Notes under the pieces: generated by a model
Database searches by the model: none
Seen by the model: the letters and a program-made list of their open reading frames with translations, nothing else
What the model was told of the DNA's origin: nothing
Program-made: the position numbers and the translations under genes
Shown here: in pieces, positions 1 through 12,347 of the stretch
How positions within the stretch are numbered: the stretch's first letter is position 1
How the letters are laid out: each line of letters starts with the position of its first letter
NCBI RefSeq assembly: GCF_018350175.1
Contig: NC_058368.1
Span: 174,470,001 to 174,534,000, forward strand
Origin: Felis catus
Lineage: Eukaryota
Direction: 5' to 3'
DNA length: 64,000 nucleotides

Positions 1-429
1 CTATTCAGGCCTTTGGACCTCTGATGCGATTATATGTCCTGTATCCCCAGGACTCTGATGGGCTTGTGTTGTCATCAGGGCTCCCCAGAGCCAAAAAGGT
101 CCTGCCTTCCCAGTATCTGCGGCAGCTAAGCCTGGCTTTGCTGTAGGATTGCCACAGAATCTTCGTTTCTGTCTGGACCATGATCACTTCTGAGCCTCAG
201 ATACAGGCATTAGAAAAACGAAGCTGGCTTTTTTTTGGGGGGAATCATTTTCTTAGAACATCGAAATTATTTTTCTGCGGGGGAGGGTATTTGGATCTTT
301 CTGACCAGGTCGTATTTCAGCCAAGAAAGGGATGCACATGAACTTGAAAAGAGTACTTCGGTTCAATGGTCAGGAGTCAGGAGACGTTGTGCCACATCAC
401 CCCATCCTTATTGTCCTCAGAGCTTATTA

Positions 430-930
430 TCTTTCCGCGTTATCAATCCACTGTCTACACATCCCAGAGTGAAAAGAACCCTCATCAGATCAGCCCTGCG
501 TTTTACATCATTCAGTGGCTCCCCAGTCCTCCCACGACCAAGTCCCCAGTCAAGGCCCTTCCGCTTGGCCTCCTTTGCCAGCTTTGCCTGTAACAAATGG
601 CTCTCCTCATTCAACTGCACTCCATTCACTGAAAACTGCTTGTCGCCCCTCCAATATGCCATGCACCCCAAAGTTCTCTCTTTACTCATCTCGTTTCCAG
701 TGCCCAGAATGCTAGCCTGACTTCTTGTGCCCCTGGAAAACTCGCCGGGGTTCTATTAAATTGAGCTCAAATGCAACTACTTCTAGGAAGCTCTTCCTGA
801 CGGTCCCTGCTTCCTTCTTCTCTGTTTCATGTTTTCTGTTGACTTACTTCCTCCGGTACCCCGGGCCAGGCCGGGCCTCCATGTACTCTCTACACGCCTC
901 CGGTGCAGCACTGGGCACACGGGTCTGTGA
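430..930 (+). mobile_element. L2 LINE 3' remnant (highly diverged)
   Basis: L2-like 3' motifs such as gagctcaaatgcaactacttctaggaagctcttcctgac and a terminal cagcactgggcacac; boundaries approximate. Confidence 0.55.
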
Positions 931-939
931 TTAGGAATA

Positions 940-1190
940 AGGAGTGGTTGCCGGTATGGATTTTGAAGTCAGATGCACTTGGGTTAGGATTCCAGATGCC
1001 CCACTGGTTGACCGTGTGACTCGGGGCAGGTTATCACACCTGTCTCAGTCAGTTTCCTATCCACAAACTGGAAAGTAGTAGAACCTCCCTGCAAGGTTGC
1101 GAAAGTCAAAGGAGATCATGCATGTAAAATTCAGCCATGGTACCCGGAATATTGAAACTTTCAGTGAGCAACCCCTGCTGTTCTTATTTC
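940..1190 (+). mobile_element. MIR SINE
   Basis: MIR core gtgtgactcggggcaggttatcacacctgtctcagtcagtttcctatccacaaactgg and tail gagatcatgcatgtaaa. Confidence 0.75.
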
Positions 1191-1849
1191 TATCGCTGAT
1201 TGGCTCTGTGTCTGTGATTACAGGATCTTCAAGAGTAGAATCGTGGCTGGTTCGTTTCTCTAACGTAAGTGCTCAGCATGAGGCCTTGCTCAGCCAGGCG
1301 TCGGTCAGAAGACTTTCTGGATTGCTGACTGCAAAGTCCCTATGGAGGGCTGCTGTCCTGGAATAATGGAAAATCAATATTCCAGTCACAATGTGAGTTG
1401 ATACGGGTACCTAGCGCCATCCCAAAGCAGAGCCTGGCCTCAGATCCCAACGGGAGCTCGTATTTGCAATGCTAACTCCACTTCTCCACTACCCTGCAGG
1501 CTCCTTTGCAAATTTTATGCCTCAAAGACTAGAGAAAACATGTGCAAATTCCCAGGGACTTGGGAGAGACTCTCTTCTCACGTCTTTCCGTCTTGGGGCC
1601 TGGGCAGGAAGGCAGGTTTGAGGGGGCCGGGCTCTGCCCTTCGTGGGCTGCAAGGTTCGGCTTCGGCCACCTATGGCTTCTTGAGCCTTGTTCTGTGAAA
1701 TGTGGGTGGAACTGTGACTCCCAGGGCCGAGCTGCCTGGCAGAGGGCAGGTGCTCCATCAGCGAAACATTATGAACAGTAACGTTGGATCGGATTGAACG
1801 CACTGGGAGTCATTTCACTTGAAAGGCCTCGGGGTGACCTGCCTGATGG

Positions 1850-3290
1850 CAACGCATTTGTCAAGGGGCTGGGGGAGTCCAGGGAGGAAGAGACCAGGGG
1901 TGGCCAAAGCGGTTGCCCGGTAACCAAGTCTTAGCCATAAGAGGGGAGTGAGGCTGTTAAGTAGACTGTGCTATTCCCCATGCCCCTGGACCAGCGGCCT
2001 GGGAGCTCAGCTGGATTCTGGCAAGAGAACGCATGCACGTAGTGGGGAAAGGGCGCCATTCTCCCACCCCACTTTGCTAGGCATTCTTGTGGCTTGACCC
2101 AGGGGCATCTCTCCTGGGCAGCAGACTGCTCTGGCGCCCAGAACAACGGAACACCCGGGAGAGCTGCCATGACAGAGGCAGAAAAGCTGGCGTGGGCCTG
2201 CGACAGGGTCTGGAGGCGCAGAGGTGGCACCCACTATTCCTGCCGCAGTCGCTCTGGGGCGCTGCTTTCCCAGAGGGGCCGCAGGAGGGAGGGACACGCC
2301 ACGCAGAGGGCAGGCAGGGAGACACGGCAGCCCTAGCGGGAACCCCCGGGGCCACCCAGCAGCCTTTGCGGCTGGTATGCACCTGCCACCCGGGGAGGCC
2401 CACGGGGCAGGGGGCGGAGGGATTTCTGTGTCCGGGAGAGTGGCCTGGGACCCATAGCCCCCGACACAGAGGGGTGACTCTTGCACGTGCACTGAAGGCC
2501 TCCAAAGAAGACGGACCCGGCGTGGCGTGGACCTGGGGAGCCTGGCTGGGAGAGCAGAGACTTCAGAGTGGCAGAGGGCACACGGGGGGGGGGGGGCTGG
2601 GGCCTTCTGGGACGACTTGGGGTGCGCCAGCCCTGGTGGCCCACGAGCCAGGGCAAGCGGAGCCACCACCGCTCTTGCTGACTCGTTCCCACGCACGAGC
2701 TGGGGCGGCTGCGGGGAATTTGGGGTTACAAACCCGGGGGCTGGCAAGCCTAAGGTGCTGCTGGGGCAAAAATGAAAACAAGCAGGGGCCTTACCCTCCA
2801 CGGTGTCCGGGGTGCATGTGGCATTTCAATGGGATGAATCCCCGAAGAGCTTCCCTCAGAATATTAGCCGAACTTCATACTCCAAAACGTCTTCCCTTCC
2901 TCTCGCAATTTGTTATAATTACCTTTGTTCTCTCCTCTCTTGTCGGCCTTGCAAACTCTGAGATGAGGAGCTTCAATTAACATTTGCATGCATTAGACTC
3001 TTGAAAGAAGGCTTTCTTCCCTTGCAGGCCTTGGCAGGGGGAGCCCCCTCCTCCCTGGACTCCGACCTCCTGACCCAGCTGGGTGGGTGGGTGGGCACTG
3101 GGGGGGGGGGGGAGCGGAGGGATGGAGAGTGGCGAGGCGGGCTGGGACCCGGCAGGGCAGTGAGAACACGAGCCAGCTGTACCCACCTGAGAGCACCTCT
3201 GCCCCTTGCCTGCCCCAAGGCACTGCTCGATCTTTGGCTGTCCTTGGGTCCCTTCTTTCTGCGGCCCCTCCCTCTGATGTCAGCTCAGCT
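1850..3290. promoter_or_regulatory. GC/CpG-rich, repeat-poor segment with G-quadruplex motifs; candidate regulatory element
   Basis: Visibly GC-rich with many CpGs; G13 runs at 2584-2596 and 3100-3112; (GGGT)3GGG at 3081-3095. No transcription start evidence. Confidence 0.3.
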
Positions 3291-3291
3291 C

Positions 3292-3540
3292 TTTTTTTTT
3301 TTTTTTTAATTTTTTAAAATGTTTACTTATTATTGAGAGATAGGGAGAGACAGAACATGAGCAGGGGAGGGGCAGAGAGAGAGAGGGAAAGAGACACAGA
3401 ATCTGAAGCAGGCTCCAGGCTCTGAGCTGTCAGCCCAGAGTCCAACGCGGGGCTCAGACAGCTCAAACCCATGAACCCCGGGGGGATCATGACCTGAGCT
3501 GAAGTCAGGCGCTTCAATGACTGAGCCACCCAGGTGCCCC
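3292..3540 (-). mobile_element. CAN-SINE (felid SINEC)
   Basis: Poly-T, (GA)n and a head ending ctgagccacccaggtgcccc; short TSD gctctt. Confidence 0.95.
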
Positions 3541-3775
3541 TGCTCTTCGCCTTTTCTTATCCGCACTGTCAGATCAATCCGCACGCTTTGTCGCTGGAGG
3601 TTAGGAAAGCGCTGTGATTGTCTGGTTAAGTCTGTCCCACAAGTGGGCAGTGGGAGAGGCAGGGCTGTCCTTGGATGGGTCACAGGGCAGGACTCCGAGA
3701 TGCCAGTTTTGGGGTCAGGTAGGGCGGTCTGCCTTTGAGAGCCGCATCTCCTCATCTACAAAGTGGGGCTACTTA

Positions 3776-3997
3776 GGGGCGCCTGGGTGGTGCAGTCGGT
3801 TAAGCGTCTGACTTCAGCCAGGTCACGATCTCGCGGTCCGTGAGTTCGAGCCCCGCGTCGGGCTCTGGGCTGATGGCTCAGAGCCTGGAGCCTGTTTCCG
3901 ATTCTGTGGCTCCTTCTCTCTCTGCCCCTCCCCCGTTCATGCTCTGTCTCTCTCTGTCCCAAAAATAAATAAACGTTGAAAAAAAAAGATCCTTTAA
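3776..3997 (+). mobile_element. Young CAN-SINE (SINEC_Fc-like) inserted in a MIR
   Basis: Head ggggcgcctgggtggtgcagtcggttaagc, B-box gagttcgagccc, (CT)n, AATAAA tail; perfect 16-bp TSD aaagtggggctactta at 3760-3775 and 3998-4013. Confidence 0.97.
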
Positions 3998-5094
3998 AAA
4001 GTGGGGCTACTTATGTCCCCTTGCACTCAGCGGATGCCTCCTGACAAAAAACTGGGGCGAGGGGGGAGATAGCCACACAGCACGTGCTGAAACCAGCTTG
4101 TCTGACAGAAGACCGCCGTGCAGTGGGGACAAATCCAACAACACTCTCCTACCGGCTGCTGCATCTGTAGCATCTGCTCGAGGGGCGGGGGGCATAATTC
4201 ATCTGGAGCAGAGCTGGTCTCTGGTGAGGGGAACATCGTCGTGGGCTTTGGGGGTTTGCAGGCGAGACAAGCCTGCTCTGGGGACGAAGAGGCGGTTGTG
4301 GATGTTAACCGGCTTTGGGAGCAGGTGGGAGCAGGTGGGAGCTGAAGGCAGGCAGCCGGGAGCCAAGTGGCTTGGTAAAGTGGGGAGCAGGAGAGAGGGC
4401 TTGGGTCTGAGCGGGAGAAGACACCGGGCAGAGGCAGCAGGCTGGACCACAGACAGACGTGGCTGTGCTCTTGAACGGCTGGGCTCCACTGAAACTTCAG
4501 TGTTCACTTTCTGGAAAAAATACATACATGTAAATCCACAGACTTTCTCTGGAAAGATAGATAAGTTGCTAAAAGAAATGGTTCCTTTTTGGAATAAGAG
4601 ACTGGTGCATGAGGAATCTTCACTTTTGAGCCACATACTGTTTTGTGTATGTGTGCTAATAAAGTCATCTCAAATACCAGTTCTCTTGTTTTGCTCTGGA
4701 ATTTGTCCGTAATAGCCTCAAGTCCAGTAAACGCCAAAGGACTCTGCACTCAGCTCCGTGCTGCCCCCAGCATGTGAAAGGAGGCGCCGGTTTCTCCCCA
4801 TCTGGGAGAAGGAGACCCCGTACTCCTGTGCCCCAGGGGAGAAGAGGGAAGGTCTTCTGGGTGAGAATCAGTGACAGTTGTGCCCAGGGAGCCCTCAGAA
4901 ATGTTCGGGAGGAAGCTGGCTTTCCCATAGTCCAACAGGACGGGGACTTGGGTTACTTGGCTTGGCAGTTACGTTACCGAAAGGGTGATCTCTTTGACTT
5001 TGAGGACGTGGAAGCTGTCAGAGTAAAGCAGATTGCCATGTGAGAGAAAGAAAAAGAAGAAAAGATCAGGCACACTAGCTCGGAGCTAGGGGTC

Positions 5095-5250
5095 ATCGCC
5101 TACTTAATCTTGCAAAACCCTCACTCTGCTTTCTGGGGTGAGTTGTCGTATTCCCATTTGACTGATTAAGATACTGAGGCTCGGAAGTGACGTAACCTGC
5201 TTAAGGTTTAGCGATCTGACTCCAGGTTCAGAATGCTTTCCAGCACCTGT
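5095..5250 (-). mobile_element. MIR SINE
   Basis: attcccatttgactgattaagatactgaggctcggaagtgacgtaacctgcttaagg matches the reverse MIR core. Confidence 0.65.
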
Positions 5251-6329
5251 AAGCACCTCCCTGGTGGGAGGGCAGGGGAGGAAATGGGGAGATAGGGTGG
5301 ACTCTGGAGGGGGCAAGCAGGTGGGACTGGAAGATCATTGAGAACTGGCTCATTAGCCCAGTGGGTTTGAATAATTCCAGGACACCTCCAAAATCCCTGA
5401 TCTCACTTCCAAATTAGAGCAGAGCACCTCTGGGAAAAAAAAAAAAAGTGCTTTGAAAGTTGGCAAGAAGTCTCTTCGGAAGCGCACGGTGGCAGGGGAG
5501 GTGGAGCGGGTCAGGGAAGACTGCAGATGGGGTCATTTAGGGACGGCTGGCGTAGCTCTTGAATACGAGCATGGCGGCCAAGTCGGTTTCTGTAATGGCA
5601 CCGACTGAGTCACGCCCTGCTGATCTGAACTGTTCGTGTGGTAAAGAGCAGAAAATCCGAGTGAAACTAGCTCAGAATATTTATGGAGTCATTTCACTAA
5701 ATAGTCCAGGGGCAAGTCTTTCATGTGATGAGACCCAGGACTCAGGGGCCAGTTGACGTACTTCATCTCTCAGCCCCATTCCTTGGGGACGATCTCGTCT
5801 CAGACCGGCTTTTGCCTAGGGTTCGCCCCATGATGGTGGCCAGAAATGCCTGGGGTTGCATCTTCATTAATGTCCAGCAGGAAAAAGAGAGGGCTTCTCC
5901 TGAGCTCCTTTGCATGAAGAGAAAACTTTTGCTCATTGGCTCCTTGGGTCTAATTGGGAAACCGCCCAGTAGGCAGTTGGGAGGCTTGATGTAGGTTCAA
6001 TGTCATCCGCACCAAATGATCCGAAGGGGAGAAATGGATTCACAGGCGCTTGTTGGTATTCTTCATGACTATCACGGCTGGCAAGCTGAGAAGGGGTGGA
6101 GGGACGGACACTTTTTTCTTGTGGACAGACTACCTACCCACTGATGGGCCCACAACTCTCGTCAATGGGGTGTGGGGACAAAGGTGAAGTTCTGAGTGGG
6201 AACCCCAGCCTGTTCCGGCAGCCGAACCAGAGGCAAGGGTTGCTTGAAAAGAGTGCTGGTGGATATTTTGAGGTCTCCTGATGTTGGCAGGGGAAGCATG
6301 ATGGGTATTTGAACAGTTTATTTTTCTTT

Positions 6330-6410
6330 TCCTTCGACTGTTTTAATATGAAAAATTTCAAACATACAGAAAATGATGCGATGATCACCTGAGTATCCAA
6401 CACTTCAACA
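6330..6410 (-). mobile_element. Old L1 (L1M) 3' end fragment
   Basis: ttttaatatgaaaaatttcaaacatacagaaaa resembles an L1M 3' terminus in reverse. Confidence 0.45.
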
Positions 6411-6825
6411 GGAGGGAAGTCCAAGCCTTTTGCAATGCTTCTGGAGAGAGAAAACACTGGACGATTCTCCGCCTAATTTGGGCACGTTTTATGGGGGTGG
6501 AGTTGGTAATGGTGGTGGTAAGTCTTACCTGCTAGACACAACTTTATACTGTTTAATACAGCTTTCCGGGAACTTTGACATAGTCATTTCGTATAGTTCT
6601 AGAAGCCAGCAATGAAACGGCTTTCCATCCCTTTCCTACATAGGTAATAGAGGTTCATGCAGGCAGTGATGTTCCCTGTTCCAGTTTCTAGGAGTGATAT
6701 ATTCAAGTGGGGCTCCTCCTCATGAGTATTTCCCCAAGCTGGGAGATTTTACATAACCTCTCTGACAATTTAGGCTATTTCCATGAGCTATGTGCACTAC
6801 GTTGCACAAAGTAAATGAAAAAAAA

Positions 6826-6997
6826 TATTTATTTATTTTTGAGAGAGAGAGGAAGAGAGAGAGAGAGAGAGAAAATCTCAAGCAGGCTCCATGCTGTCAG
6901 CGCAAAGCCCGAGGCGGGGCTCGATCTTACGGACTGCGAGATCATGACCTGAGCCAAAATCAAGGGTCAGATGCCAAACTGAGCCACCCAGGTGTTC
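6826..6997 (-). mobile_element. Older CAN-SINE
   Basis: (GA)n, agcaggctccatgctgtcagc, atcatgacctgagccaaaatcaag, ctgagccacccaggtg. Confidence 0.9.
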
Positions 6998-7049
6998 TGA
7001 TACTTTTCTTTAAATAGACTTCGAACAACTCCTGCTTTTGCTCAACCCA

Positions 7050-7351
7050 TCTCCTGGCTCATGGTGGTTTATTGAGCATCTTTGGTGTGCCTTGGCTTGA
7101 GGGGGGTCACGTCAATCCCTCCTTTTATTTTAGTCGACGTTCTCCCTGTGTGGCTGTGTCCAGATTTCTCCTTTTCATAAGGACACCAGTTGTGCTGTAT
7201 TAGGGGTCCACCTTACTCCAGTAGGACTTCATCTTTGTTTAACTAATTACATCCGCAATGACTCTATTTACAGATAAGGTCACATTCTGAGGTGCTGGGG
7301 GCTAAGACTTCAACATGTCTTTTGGGGGAGGGTGTAGTTCAACCCATAACG
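7050..7351 (-). mobile_element. MaLR LTR (MLT1C-like), partial
   Basis: taaggacaccagt...gataaggtcacattctgaggtgctgggggctaagacttcaaca...ttcaacccataac. Confidence 0.85.
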
Positions 7352-7692
7352 GGTTGTCACAGAATTCTGTGACATCTAACACAAACTACACCATAACGTA
7401 TTGCACACAATTTCCAAATCCAGCTTCTTTAAACTAGGGTGAGAATTCAGGCCTCCGAATTCTAAATCTCTAAATCTGAGCATAAAATTTCCAGGATTTG
7501 TTTACTTTTCCCTATTCTTTTTATAGCTGTCTTCTTGCCCACCTAACTCAGCAGCAGAATTTATCATGTTGTTTTCTAGAAAGTTACCTTTATCACATCT
7601 CTCTAAAGCATTCAATCTGATTTTCATATGATTTGGCTTTTCTTTCTTTTCTTACTCATATTTTATTGATTTCCGTGTTATTTAAAATTTGA

Positions 7693-7917
7693 GGGGCACC
7701 CGGACGGCTCAGTCGGTGAAGCATCCGACATCGGCTCAGGTCATGATCTCACGGTTCATGGGTTTGAGTCCCGTGTCGGGATCTATGGTGACAGCTTGGA
7801 GCCTGGAGCCTGTTTCAGATTCTGTGTCACCCTCTCTCTCTGCCCCTCCCCTGCTTGCTCTCTGTCTCTGTGTCTCTCTCTCAAAAATAAATAAATGTTA
7901 AAAAAATAAAAAAAAAA
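7693..7917 (+). mobile_element. CAN-SINE
   Basis: Head ggggcacccggacggctcagtcgg, (CT)n and aaataaataaatgttaaaaaa tail. Confidence 0.95.
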
Positions 7918-8416
7918 TTTTAGTTGAATCACATACTTATAATAAGAACCCAACTGGCATTACTTGGCTGGAGAACAGACCCATGTGTCTCTTGGTGAAC
8001 AAGCAGAAGTCCACGGTTGGGTGACAAAGTTAGTATCCACAGCGATGAAAGTATCAGTCAACCAACGTGATTGAGGAAATGGAGAGTTTGGGAAAGTGGA
8101 TGTTGGGTAAGAGACCCTCTCTTATACATAACTATTGGAAAGTGTGTGCCCCCCAAACCACCTCACCACCAGTGGGATGTACCATACTTTGGAAAACACT
8201 CTCGTTTAGTCCTTGGGTTATTGTTTTTAAAACGTTTGTAAGTGCCTACTTGGAGTCAGGCCTGTATTAAGTGTCGGAGGCGGAGAAAAATGATTAAAAC
8301 GCAGCCTTAATATTCTCAGCGTGGTGGGGGAGAAAATAGCAATGGGTGGAAATTCCATTCTACTCATCTCCCGGAGCCACAGAAGTTGTTTGAAGTATAT
8401 TTGGAAAGAATGTGAC

Positions 8417-8844
8417 TGTATGAGTCAGGTTTCTCCAGAAAGAGAACCAATAGATTATAGGATATGTATGTATGTATGTATGTATGCATTTTAAGGAATT
8501 GGCTCGTGCAGTTATGGAGGTCCGGCAAGTCCAAAATCTACATGATGAGCCAGCAGGCTAGAGATGCAGGAAAGAACTAATGTTGCCGATCACGTCTGAA
8601 GGCCATCTGCTGGCAGCATCCCTTCTTGCTCAGAGGAGGTCAGTCTTTGTTCTAGTCAGGTTTTCAACTGATCGGACAAAGCCCTCCCACGTTATGGCAG
8701 ATAATCTGCTTTACTCAAAGTCCACCTATGTGAATGCTAATCTCATCCACAAAACACCCTCACGGAAACATCCAGAAAAATGTTTGACCGAATATCCGGG
8801 CACCGTGGCCCAGCCAAGTTGGCACAAAAAAATGAACCATCACG
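8417..8844 (-). mobile_element. ERVL solo LTR (MLT2 family), apparently full length
   Basis: Starts tgtatgagtcaggtttctccaga, contains (TATG)n and aatctgctttactcaaagtccac, ends aaccatcac; 5-bp flanks gtgac and gtgtc (one mismatch) fit a TSD. Confidence 0.88.
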
Positions 8845-8949
8845 GTGTCATAAGACCGTCCTGCTAGTTCAAGTTCTTCCTCTTTGACAGCCCTCCTTTA
8901 TCCCTGTATCAGAGACATAGATCTTTCCAGAACAACTGTCGGCTCTTTA

Positions 8950-9430
8950 CAAGCCACCCACAACCCCTTTGTCTATAGAGGAAATCCAAATGCTCACCTC
9001 AGTGTGGTCCTGCTGTTTCTAGGCTTGTCTCCCTTATTTTTGGCCACATGCCCATTGTGCAGCCTTCGGGGACTTCGGACTGTGCCTGGACCTGACCCCT
9101 GAATGTTGTCCTCTGTGCCCGGAGTGCCTTCCTTCTCTCCATCTAATGCGTAGCTTTCAAGGTTCAGCTCCACGGTGTCTCCCTTGGGGAGTCTCCCCAA
9201 GCACCTGAGCAGAATGCATCCCTCCTTCCTTTGGGACTCCAGAGCACATCATGTGTCTCTCTGTCACTGCACTTGTCCTGCTGAATCAGGACTGTCATTT
9301 ATATTACCCGTTTCCCCCGCTAGAAGGGAAGTGCTGGGAGGTGAGGGCCACATTCCTTCTTCCTCATACTCTTCTCCCTGAGGCCTGGCACATAATAGTG
9401 GCTCAGTAAATAAGAATGATGGAATGATGG
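8950..9430 (+). mobile_element. L2 LINE 3' end
   Basis: ttcaaggttcagctc...gcctggcacataatagtggctcagtaaataagaatgatggaatg terminus. Confidence 0.75.
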
Positions 9431-10029
9431 CTGTCGGGAGCTGGTGTTCCTCTTTATATGTGTGGGGAGCTTGGAGGTGAAGATTGAAAGAAGGGGGAAA
9501 ATTCTTCCACGTGTTCCTGTGTTCTATAGCCAAGGGAAGCAGCAGAGTCAAATAAAGAAAGTTTCCTTAATGGAAATGTGTCCAGTAGAATCTTCTTGAA
9601 TACATGAGAAAAAGCATTAGGGATAAGACACCCTCAGGGAAAGCAAGGAGAATTTTTGGGGGGTGCTTGAGATTTGGCCTAAAGTTTCCCTGATGCTCGC
9701 TCTTCCTGGGCCATGGTTTGGGGAATGGTCAGGCCTGAACTCTGCGTCCAGCAAAGGAGGTCCTTTATTACAAACTCCACCAAATCAGCTGCAGGCCTCT
9801 ATCTGCTGAGGAGGTTTCAACAGGGCCCTGAGCAAGGGCCGATAGTGTCAGAACCAGAAGGAAAAGTGAGTCCGGCACCTGAATGCCATTTTCTTAGAGA
9901 ATGCTGTTTCAATCAGAGGCCCCCAACATTTCCAGGGAGGGACCGCTGTGTCTCTTACATTATTCCCGAAGGAATACGTCAGTCAAAACTCTTCCGTCTC
10001 AGCTGAAGAAGATGGCCTTTGTTTGAATG

Positions 10030-10105
10030 CCACCAAGCAGCTCTCGGGAAACCAGTGGGGTGTCCTACAATTCAACTCATTCTGACACCATCTACCGGGA
10101 AAATG
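10030..10105. mobile_element. MER21/MER39-like LTR fragment
   Basis: gggtgtcctacaattcaactcattctgacaccatctacc motif. Confidence 0.55.
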
Positions 10106-10152
10106 ATGCAGCACTTTTAGAGAGAGTAAAGGGGGAGTCCTAATTTAGCTGG

Positions 10153-10499
10153 TGCCTCGGTCAGGTCCTCTGCTGTAACAGAATACCACTGACTGGGTGG
10201 CTTAAACAACACGGTTATTTCCCACAGTTCTGGAGACCGGAAGTCTGAGATCAGGGAGCCAGCGTGGCTGGGTTCCGGTGAGAGCCCTCTGCCGGGTCTG
10301 CGAAGGATGGCCTCCTGCTGTGTCTTCACATGGCGGGAGGAGAGAGAGGGAGAGAGAGAGGAAGCGAGCTCTCTTCTTACAAAACAGCTAATCCCATCAT
10401 GGAGGACCCCACCCTCCTCCCCTATCATCCCCCAAAGGCCCCACCTCCTAATACCATCACACTGCACCCTGGGAGGACGCAAACATGCAGCCGATGACA
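10153..10499 (-). mobile_element. MaLR LTR (MLT1A-like)
   Basis: tgctgtaacagaataccactgactgggtggcttaaacaac...cacagttctggag...cccaaaggccccacctcctaataccatcac. Confidence 0.9.
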
Positions 10500-11139
10500 T
10501 CTCACATCTCGGATGGCCAGGGGGAGCCCTCTTGAGGTGACATGGGACCTGAAGCCCCAGAGATGAGTTTGCCAGATAGAGAGGGGAAGAAACAAACAGG
10601 TCAGGGAAGGTGGAAAGAGAAGGTGACTCTGGAGTTAGGTGTTAGAGGGTAGGTTGGTACTTACATGGAGGGAGGGGAAGGACGGGGGCAGTAGGGGGTG
10701 AAAACAGGCTCCCAGGTCCTCGAGGAGAGGAGCGCCCCATTCTGGTGGCGGGCAGCGGGGAGCAGGAAGTGATACTTGGAGGAGACCGGGGCCCAAGCCA
10801 CCTTAGCCCACACTCGGCCACCTTCACGGGCGCTGAGCTGACTTTTTGAGTTCTTCCTGGGACTTTATGAAGCGGTCGCTGTTGATTTTAATGGAAATGG
10901 GCATAAATTATTCAGAGAGTTACAACTGAGAGTTAGTCACTGTTACACAAGGAAGAAAAATAACGTTCACGGAGCACTGACCACAGGCTAAGGAGTGGAC
11001 ACAAGCTGTTCACTCCTTCGGAAAAAGCTCTACAGCTGCCCAGCCTTTTTTGGGGGTTCTGGAACATTCCAGCGGCTTCCTGCCCCACAACCTAAGCACC
11101 TGCTTGACTGGGTAGCTGTTCATCACCACCTTCCATGTT

Positions 11140-11462
11140 TAGTTTCTGTTGACCCTTCAGATGTGGGGCAGCGGGGGAGGGGGATCTTACAGCTCTCTGG
11201 AGAGGCTTCCCTGAGCACCCAGCCTGAATCTGCACCTCTCTCAGCCGCGCTGACTTTCTGTCATTTTACTCCGGTTTTGAAGGATTTCTTTGCACTTCCC
11301 ACAACTTGTGATTTTTTATATTGCTCTTCCCACTGCACTGCAAATTTTGCAAAGTCAGGGGCCATTTCTGTGCTGCTCATCCCCAAGGCCCCGGGTCTGA
11401 CAGAGCCCCTGACACATGGTCGGTACTGAATGGATCGTTTGAAATGAAATGAACGAAAATGA
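11140..11462 (+). mobile_element. L2 LINE 3' end
   Basis: gaggcttccctgagcaccc...cctgacacatggtcggtactgaatggatcgtttgaaatgaaatgaa. Confidence 0.65.
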
Positions 11463-11499
11463 GCTAGACCCCACGCTAAGAACTTCCACAAGCAACTGG

Positions 11500-11630
11500 C
11501 CATTTAATCTCCACAGCAACCTGCAGAGAAAGAGGGTATTATTGGTATTGCATAGATGGGGAAACTGAGGCCCCAGGTCGCACAGTCTGTAGGAGTGGAG
11601 CTGAGTTCAAGTCTACCTTTATCTGGTGGA
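11500..11630 (-). mobile_element. MIR SINE
   Basis: catttaatctccacagcaacc...tagatggggaaactgaggccc. Confidence 0.75.
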
Positions 11631-12122
11631 ACAAGGCTCTTCCTCTGATTTACTAACAGGATCTGAAAACAGCAGCATAGGCTCTAACCGGCCGTGTGCA
11701 CACGCTGAAAAGGACACACACACACACACACACGCATACCCACATGCACTGCTTTGTTGTTGATTTTTTCCAAAGCAGCTCCTTTGTTCCAGGGCCTGAA
11801 TACAGCCTGGCCACCGCCCCTCTTTATAGCCTTGGTTTCTGCCTCGACAGTGTTCATCCTCTGTGAATCTCACCGAGCTTCATAGGCATGACTGCTGTGA
11901 CATCTCAAATAAAATGGCAGCCTGTTCAATGCGGGAAGAGACGTAGATGATGCAGAACTGCTTGAACACAGCGTCTTGACGATTACACATCTCGGAATAT
12001 ATTGCATGTTCTGGCCAAAAGGTTTGTGAACACAATGCGCGTATCAACTGATTTTTTTTCTCTCGGGCTTGCAGGGCAAAGCTGGTATATCAGTCAAGTT
12101 TCCTTAAAATATAAATCACCGC

Positions 12123-12347
12123 GGGGCGCCTGGGTGGTGCAGTCGGTTAAGCGTCCGACTTCAGCCAGGTCACGATCTCGCGGTCTGTGAGTTCGAGCCC
12201 CGCGTTGGGCTCTGGGCTGATGGCTCAGAGCCTGGAGCCTGTTTCCGATTCTGTGTCTCCCTCTCTCTCTGCCCCTCCCCCGTTCATGCTCTCTCTCTCT
12301 CTCTGTCCCAAAAATAAATAAACGTTGAAAAAAAAAATTAAAAAAAA
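12123..12347 (+). mobile_element. Young CAN-SINE (SINEC_Fc-like)
   Basis: Near-consensus body; perfect 16-bp TSD aaaatataaatcaccg at 12106-12121 and 12348-12363. Confidence 0.97.

Noticed and set aside
2007..2980. Long overlapping ORFs (264 aa minus, 297 aa plus)
   Set aside because: GC-rich DNA lacks stop codons in several frames at once; the products are Pro/Gly/Ala/Arg-rich with no recognisable domain or exon structure.
3776..3860. tRNA-like A and B boxes in SINE heads, throughout the window
   Set aside because: These are the tRNA-derived heads of CAN-SINEs followed by CT tracts and A tails, not tRNA genes.
4774..5043. 89-aa ORF with a protein-like C-terminus (GYLAWQLRYRKGDLFDFEDVEAV)
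   Set aside because: Non-ATG start, no homology I recognise and no supporting splice pattern; a tblastn or PhyloCSF check would be needed.
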